Shown: piece after piece, positions 58,611-64,000 of the stretch | Layout: each line of letters begins with the position of its first letter | Numbering within the stretch: position 1 is the first letter of the stretch | Origin: Ignavibacteriota bacterium | Lineage (GTDB): Bacteria; Bacteroidota; Ignavibacteria; UBA10030; CAVZMI01 | Assembly: GCA_963776275.1 (NCBI GenBank) | Contig: CAVZMI010000029.1 | Span: 1-64,000 of the forward strand | DNA: 64,000 nucleotides | Direction: 5' to 3' | The notes under the pieces: model-generated | Told to the model about the DNA's origin: nothing | Databases searched by the model: none | What the model saw: only the letters and a program-made list of their open reading frames with translations | Translations under genes and position numbers: made by a program

Positions 58611-58918
58611 TCCTGATTTGTCCCCTCGATTATTATACTGTCTACAGTTCGAGTGGCTAATGCATCCAATGCCGCGTACAAACGTTCAATAGCCTTTCCA
58701 ATATCCTCGCAGGCGAATTTTGATCTTTGGAAAAACTCGAGCCGATCGATGGCAGCTTCTATTACGTTCTCTACCAGTGCACCATTCGGCTCTTTCCAGT
58801 CTCCTCCGCGGCCGAGCGGACCATCTTGCCAAATGATGGCATATCCTGTCCCGTAAGTTAAACCTCCGGCCGGATTACCGGCTTCATCGATCCGATGTTC
58901 TGACTTCATCTTGTTCAT
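58607..58918 (-). CDS. Tad1/Acb2-like anti-defence sponge protein
   Basis: I.WQDGP..NG..E.VI....DRL.FFQ.S.F.C....A...L..AL..L..RT..EGT. Confidence 0.65.
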   Translation of the reverse strand: MNKMKSEHRIDEAGNPAGGLTYGTGYAIIWQDGPLGRGGDWKEPNGALVENVIEAAIDRLEFFQRSKFACEDIGKAIERLYAALDALATRTVDSIIIEGTNQE

Positions 58919-59040
58919 CTTTCTTTTTCCCTTTTTTCTTATCGAACGTGATATCTCGCCATGGCCATGGATTACAGTGCCGATCCATATTCTCCCAAAT
59001 CTTTTCTATTGTATATTCTTCCATAACTCCTTCTTAAATA

Positions 59041-59331
59041 TTAATTATCCTTTTTACCTATTTTAACAAGTTCGATACGATGTGCGAAGAAATCCACTTT
59101 AATAATTTTAGGGATAAGACGAACTATACAATATCGCTTCTTTCCTTCTTGTTGTGTTCTATCCATCCATCTAACACGATATTTTTTCCCATTGATTAAC
59201 CAAAACCCTTTGTCATGAATATCTCTCTTACCTATGGAAAGTGGATCGTCAAATTGAAATACAAGTTCATCTCCATCTTTCTTAAGTATCTCAAAGTTTT
59301 TCATACGCATTGCTTCGCGTATCCTTTCCAT
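59041..59331 (-). CDS. Hypothetical protein
   Basis: Likely start MERIRE with RBS aggagg. Confidence 0.4.
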   Translation of the reverse strand: MERIREAMRMKNFEILKKDGDELVFQFDDPLSIGKRDIHDKGFWLINGKKYRVRWMDRTQQEGKKRYCIVRLIPKIIKVDFFAHRIELVKIGKKDN

Positions 59332-59605
59332 CACTCCTCCTCTGCTTTTACCGCCCACCCTTCGTTCATCCATTTCGAAGCTGCTTCATCTCCCATGATA
59401 CCAAATAGATGCGAAACCAAACGATCCTGTAATTCCTGATAACCGATTGCATCTTCATCACCATAAAATAATTTCCGGAGAGTAAGTTTTATCAGCTCTT
59501 CACTCTCTTTACTGATCTCTGCATTCTTCTTATTGCACCATAGTGCCGCAGTACGGACAGACTTTTATTGTCCCGTCACAAATGTGTTCTAACATGTTTC
59601 TGTTG

Positions 59606-59893
59606 TCATTTAACTTTTTTAAGAGGCTCACTCACTCTCGCTATAAAAAACTCTACGCTGATTTTATTCTTGTTGAAAGTGCAATTTTCAACAAACACTT
59701 CTACTTTTTGGTTAATGCTTTTCGCGCTTGCTTTTAATGCGATAGACATATTTGTAATACTTTTCCCCAGTGTTTCTGCTCCTATATATCCACCGCCCTC
59801 TTTCAGTGTTATTGCCATATTCAATTTTTGTGTCTCTGGAATAATCGCCGTTGCTTCAACTTGTATTTCCTCTTTACACTTAGGACATTTCAT
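59606..59893 (-). CDS. Hypothetical protein (CxxC)
   Basis: MKCPKCKEEI. Confidence 0.45.
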   Translation of the reverse strand: MKCPKCKEEIQVEATAIIPETQKLNMAITLKEGGGYIGAETLGKSITNMSIALKASAKSINQKVEVFVENCTFNKNKISVEFFIARVSEPLKKVK

Positions 59894-60196
59894 CGTTCGT
59901 TCGCCTTTCAAATTAGATTAAATGCAACAGAACCAAGCAATCAAACTGACCGAATCAGTTAAGTGCAAAATTCATTGTCAAATGCAACACCGGTAATACC
60001 ATAATATATCTCTCCGGCGTTCAATCGTTACCAACCAAATCATTTTATCTTCGTTGTCCAGTTTTACGGGATACCAAGCAAACCATCTATGCCAAGGTAA
60101 TTCTTCTCTATATTTCCATTCCATAAATCCTCCGCGTTGCATTTGTTTGTTAAAATTATTTTGAAAGTTTATCTATCGGCAGTTTAGTGCCATTCG

Positions 60197-60460
60197 TTAT
60201 ATCCCTTTCTTTTCTCTGGCTTGTCGGATTTTCTCTCCTTCTTCCCTGAGACTCATTACGATCGCACCTTTTTTAACGGCTACAATTCGCTTATTTTCCG
60301 TCACATCATAGTGCGGCATGAATCGATGATCCTGAAACCAATTTATCTTTAATCCGATTGACTGTGCGAATTCATGCAATTCTTCTATGGTATCTGCTAT
60401 AAGATGATACCAGATCTTTCCTCTCCACATAACTTTTTTACTACCAATGAATACGCTCAT
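60197..60460 (-). CDS. DUF4031-like protein
   Basis: WYHLIADT.EELHEFA..IG....WFQ....PHYD. Confidence 0.75.
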   Translation of the reverse strand: MSVFIGSKKVMWRGKIWYHLIADTIEELHEFAQSIGLKINWFQDHRFMPHYDVTENKRIVAVKKGAIVMSLREEGEKIRQAREKKGI

Positions 60461-60732
60461 TTCTTTTGTTTTGTATCAACGTATGTAGAAGAAATCCCCT
60501 TCGGATAGTCTCCATGTATGTGTGCCTTCTTTTCTATCTGTCTTATAAATAAAAACAAAGTATCAATCCTCTTATTTATATGATCGATCCGCCACATTGC
60601 TAATCCACCAAAGAAAACGATCAGAGATATGCCAAATATGATAAAACCATTGGTCAAATCTTCAGCTATTATTACTTCGATCAGACCGATAATGACGCCG
60701 ATCATTCCGATTAAAATGAAAATCGCTGGCAT
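60457..60732 (-). CDS. Small 2-TM membrane protein
   Basis: Hydrophobic segments. Confidence 0.5.
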   Translation of the reverse strand: MPAIFILIGMIGVIIGLIEVIIAEDLTNGFIIFGISLIVFFGGLAMWRIDHINKRIDTLFLFIRQIEKKAHIHGDYPKGISSTYVDTKQKK

Positions 60733-61033
60733 GTTCTTTTCTCCCCTGAATATGTGATTGTGAATTTATTCCTTGTTGATCCTTTCCCCGTACATTCAAT
60801 CCCCCGATGAACCCCTCATTCTCATAAAACTTTTTCGATTTCGCTCTTACTACCAAATGCAGTACTTTTTTGAGCTGACTTATCTGAAGCCCACACTTAT
60901 TTCGTTGCGTCGGGTTCAGTTGCTCCAATAGGTCGATCTCATACTCGATATTCCGGATGAGCCACTCGAATCGTCCGGAAATCAGATTGTACTCAACTTC
61001 TTTCCTCGAAAAATTTATTTCCTTGAAAGACAT
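60662..61033 (-). CDS. Hypothetical protein
   Basis: ORF track. Confidence 0.4.
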   Translation of the reverse strand: MSFKEINFSRKEVEYNLISGRFEWLIRNIEYEIDLLEQLNPTQRNKCGLQISQLKKVLHLVVRAKSKKFYENEGFIGGLNVRGKDQQGINSQSHIQGRKEHASDFHFNRNDRRHYRSDRSNNS

Positions 61034-61426
61034 TTATGATAAATCCTTTATCGTTCTTACCAGATCCACCTGTACACGCTGCATCTCGATCAGATTCTTT
61101 GCCGTCTCATTGATCGCCTTGGCTTGATCGATGTATTTGGGGTCCTCCTGAATCTTCTTTATAGTATCCATGAGCGTTGTTCCCAAACCCTTCATTGGAA
61201 GATTGTCTTCCATGGCATTGTAAAGTGCCAGAGCATTTTTCTTATCCGGCCTCGGCTCTACAGGTAAAAATTCTCGCCGTAAGTCCTCACCATTGACTCG
61301 AATCACTCGCTTGTCCGTTGTAATTTTGAAAAGATTCCTCTCCTCCTGCTCGATGCTCTGGATGATGTAATTAATTCCCTTGTAGAGATATGTACCACCG
61401 ATCATTTTATAGAATGCCCTATTCAT
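61034..61426 (-). CDS. Hypothetical phage protein (partner of HNH)
   Basis: QAKAINETAKNLIE motif; coupled to upstream HNH. Confidence 0.5.
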   Translation of the reverse strand: MNRAFYKMIGGTYLYKGINYIIQSIEQEERNLFKITTDKRVIRVNGEDLRREFLPVEPRPDKKNALALYNAMEDNLPMKGLGTTLMDTIKKIQEDPKYIDQAKAINETAKNLIEMQRVQVDLVRTIKDLS

Positions 61427-62142
61427 GCCGATTCTTTTAATAATTGATTGAGTTGTAATTGCTTTCGTTTCGCATCCAGAAGATCTGGCTTTTTCAACAA
61501 TCTCTCATAGAGCTTCTTATCATAACTGCCTTTACCACCTCTATTGCTGGCTAAACATTTCGCGATAAATCCATCCGTCATCCTTGTATTGGCCGCGTGC
61601 TGTATATGTGTGATACATTCCAGATTGCTCGGTCTACAGTTCATCGTATTCCCATCGCGAAATACTATGATGTGGTCTTTGGGTATACGACCATATGTTT
61701 TCTTCCAGACATAAACATGATACATGATCCATTTTGCTTTTTTGATCCGAATCCATTTATATTCCCGGATCTTTCCCGTTTTTTTATCTGTGTCTATTCG
61801 TATCCTGATGCATCCATTGTATTTCGTGTTCGCCGGCTGGTGACCTTTCTTGAACTCTGTTGCCCGACTGTAATGGACACCCTTACGACTCTTGTTCCAT
61901 GTTTTATGTCCCTTTTGGAATTCCGTTGACGGAGATCTACGAACACCTTTTGTAAATTGACTCATATTAAACTTTTTCTTTATGCAGAGGAGATGCTGCA
62001 TGCGATATATTGCTCTCGGGTGTCTCCCCAAGACAGCGGCAATTTCTGCCGCTGTCTTCTTACTGTGAAGATAGAGGTATCGAAATCTTTTTATTTCGGT
62101 TGCAGTCCATGGTCTCCTGAATCCCGGTGGTCTCTTCTTCAT
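61423..62142 (-). CDS. HNH endonuclease-like protein with FKKG repeats
   Basis: EFQKGH, EFKKGHQPAN; H..VW....G.IP..H...FRDGN..NC...NL. Confidence 0.75.
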   Translation of the reverse strand: MKKRPPGFRRPWTATEIKRFRYLYLHSKKTAAEIAAVLGRHPRAIYRMQHLLCIKKKFNMSQFTKGVRRSPSTEFQKGHKTWNKSRKGVHYSRATEFKKGHQPANTKYNGCIRIRIDTDKKTGKIREYKWIRIKKAKWIMYHVYVWKKTYGRIPKDHIIVFRDGNTMNCRPSNLECITHIQHAANTRMTDGFIAKCLASNRGGKGSYDKKLYERLLKKPDLLDAKRKQLQLNQLLKESA

Positions 62143-62233
62143 TTCTTCGCTTTCTTCAATACATCATGCCGAATAAACGCCTGCAGGGAACTGTGCTCCT
62201 CCAGGCGCTGACGGTCATTCGTTGATGGTGCGG

Positions 62234-62491
62234 TTAACCGATGTGGGCAACCTGGTTTGAAGGATTATCCTGTATATAAGCCTCCAATTTCGCCGGATCC
62301 GTGAATACAAAGATCGACGTAAGATCAAAAGGCTCGCCCATATCCGGAAATACCTTCACATTGACAGTTGCCTGTCCTTCATTGATTGGAGTCCATACAT
62401 ACGTCACGATAGCTGGTTGCTCGTCGTGACCGTTGAAGTTGACTCCTTTGACGGTAACGATTGTACCGCATTTGATTGATTCCTCGCCCAT
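62234..62491 (-). CDS. Hypothetical SH3-like phage protein
   Basis: QPAIVTYVW...VNVKVFPD. Confidence 0.5.
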   Translation of the reverse strand: MGEESIKCGTIVTVKGVNFNGHDEQPAIVTYVWTPINEGQATVNVKVFPDMGEPFDLTSIFVFTDPAKLEAYIQDNPSNQVAHIG

Positions 62492-62552
62492 AGCTTATCC
62501 TTTCTTTTCTGAGTTATTGGAATCCGATCCGTTATTCGGTTCGGTATAATAA

Positions 62553-63999
62553 TCACTTCTTCTTTGTGGGTTTACTCTTCCGCGCCGGCTTTTTCGTAAC
62601 GACCTTTTTCTTCTTCGCAGTAAGCGCTAAACGGATCTTGCCTACGTCAATTCTCTTCTCCTTTGCTACTTTGAGAAGATTGTTGAAATCTCCTATTTCA
62701 CAACATCCCACATTCAGAGCCTCGGTATAAATCACCATGATCATCGTCTTTCTCTTATTCTCCTTATAATGCTTCATGAGGGCTTTACGGTAATCACGGC
62801 CGCCATATTTTGCTTTCGGCGCTTCTATCCCGATCGCATCGCACATCCGCTTGGCTGAGTCGAAACTCAGTGCATCGACCATATGCTCACCGATCGCATC
62901 GAGCATGGTCTGATCGATTTTGAGATTTGAATCATAAACCGCTTTGAAAATTGCATTCCGGACTTTTAACTCCTGTAGAGTTTTCTTTCTCTCTGCAGCC
63001 TGCTTCTTCCGCCAACCTCCATCATCACTGCTGCGTTGAAATGGCCGGCAAGTTTTGCATTTGGAATCGGTGCATATTCTCTTTAAATGCCCGATACCAT
63101 CTCCTTCGACGATGAGTCCGGTTATTGCATTTTCGCAACCCTTTAATGGATTGCGATATCCTGAAGCCTCGATCACTCCCTTGCCTCTACTGGAATAATT
63201 CGTCGAGATCTCGACGAATATTTCATTGCGGCGCTTGAGCTCTTCGCGCTTGATATCCCAGATAGGCTCCCATCTTCGCATGGTAGCATGGGGCATCGAG
63301 ACAGCGATCGTTTTTCGAGTCTCCAAAAAGGTCCGGATCGGCGCCAGTACGCTTTGGACAAACGGCACAGGCCACGGATTCTACTTTCGTTTTGAACTCA
63401 CCTTTCTTTGACCATGGGGCAGCCGACAGCGAAAGCATGATATTATTTTCGATCCATCTGGCGAGTTCCCGTTCATCACTGATATAATCATCGAAACATG
63501 CTTTCAATGTGGTCTTTTGATCCCTTTCATTAAGCGGAGCAATCAACATAGCTTGACCGAGATTGATTTTTTGGGATCGTAATGCGTTCTTTCCCGAATC
63601 GATCAATGAGTTCAATTTCATGCGTTTTGCAACATAAGATTTCTGTTTCCCGATCTGGCCGGCGATTTTTTCAATGGTGATGCCTTTGGATAACTTCATG
63701 AGTTTGGCATATTCCGCGGCCTCATCGAGCGGATCCAAACCCTCCCGCTGAGTATTGTCGATCAGTGAATATTCAACAGCTTCCTCATCGTTCATTACTT
63801 TCACGATTGCCGGCATCTCAGTCAATCCGCAGCGTTGCGCAGCCATGAAACGGCGCTGTCCGGTTATGATCTCGAAGATATCTTCTCCATTTTTCGCCGG
63901 ACGCACTGTGATTGGATGCTGTATTCCTTTCGCCTCTATTGAGGCTGTCAATTCCAACAATTTTACTTCATCGATTTCCTTCCGACCATTCAGCGGTGA
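62553..63999 (-). CDS. ParB/Spo0J-like protein (5' end outside window; 1-nt frameshift at ~63258)
   Basis: SI...GIQHPITVRP..EIITGQRRF.A; DNTQREGLDP.DEA; HTH; CxxC; frames join as AYL-DIKREE if one G is removed from GGG. Confidence 0.8.
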
Positions 64000-64000
64000 G

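Larger units (their letters stand above)
2702..64000 (-). mobile_element. Large temperate myovirus prophage (SPO1/Twort-like head module), integrated in tRNA-Ile(CAT); extends beyond window
   Basis: tRNA fragment at boundary; contiguous lysis-tail-neck-head-early gene order on the minus strand. Confidence 0.9.

Overview
The window has three parts. (i) 1-~1760 is a GC-rich host-like segment (recO partial, era, 3' end of a CorC/HlyC gene). It is joined abruptly to an AT-richer MGQQQLLL-type pilin-like gene, probably at a chimeric assembly junction. (ii) ~1760-2753 is host flank with a 152-bp tandem array derived from a tRNA-Ile(CAT) 3' end, plus a truncated tRNA-Ile(CAT) that marks an att site. 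(iii) 2753->64000 is one end of a large temperate myovirus prophage, almost all on the minus strand, with an SPO1/Twort-like head module. It carries lysis genes, tail fibres, baseplate, tape measure, tube, sheath, neck, major capsid, prohead protease, a Mor-like activator, large polyvalent head-cargo proteins (DdrB-like ParB, zeta-toxin-like kinase, DarB-like SNF2 helicase), an intein-containing MuF, portal and early genes (Tad1-like, ParB). The most striking observation is a transposase-less RHH+TnpB cassette. Its predicted omegaRNA guide is not ordinary flank: it is an inverted near-copy (15/19 nt, including two synonymous changes) of the first codons of the adjacent neck gene, suggesting an RNA-guided homing or phage-competition nuclease. 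Also notable are a 23-bp activator-type late promoter found twice, a shared N-terminal tag on head-cargo proteins, and a frame-broken (possibly split) intein. All family assignments come from motif recognition, not database searches.
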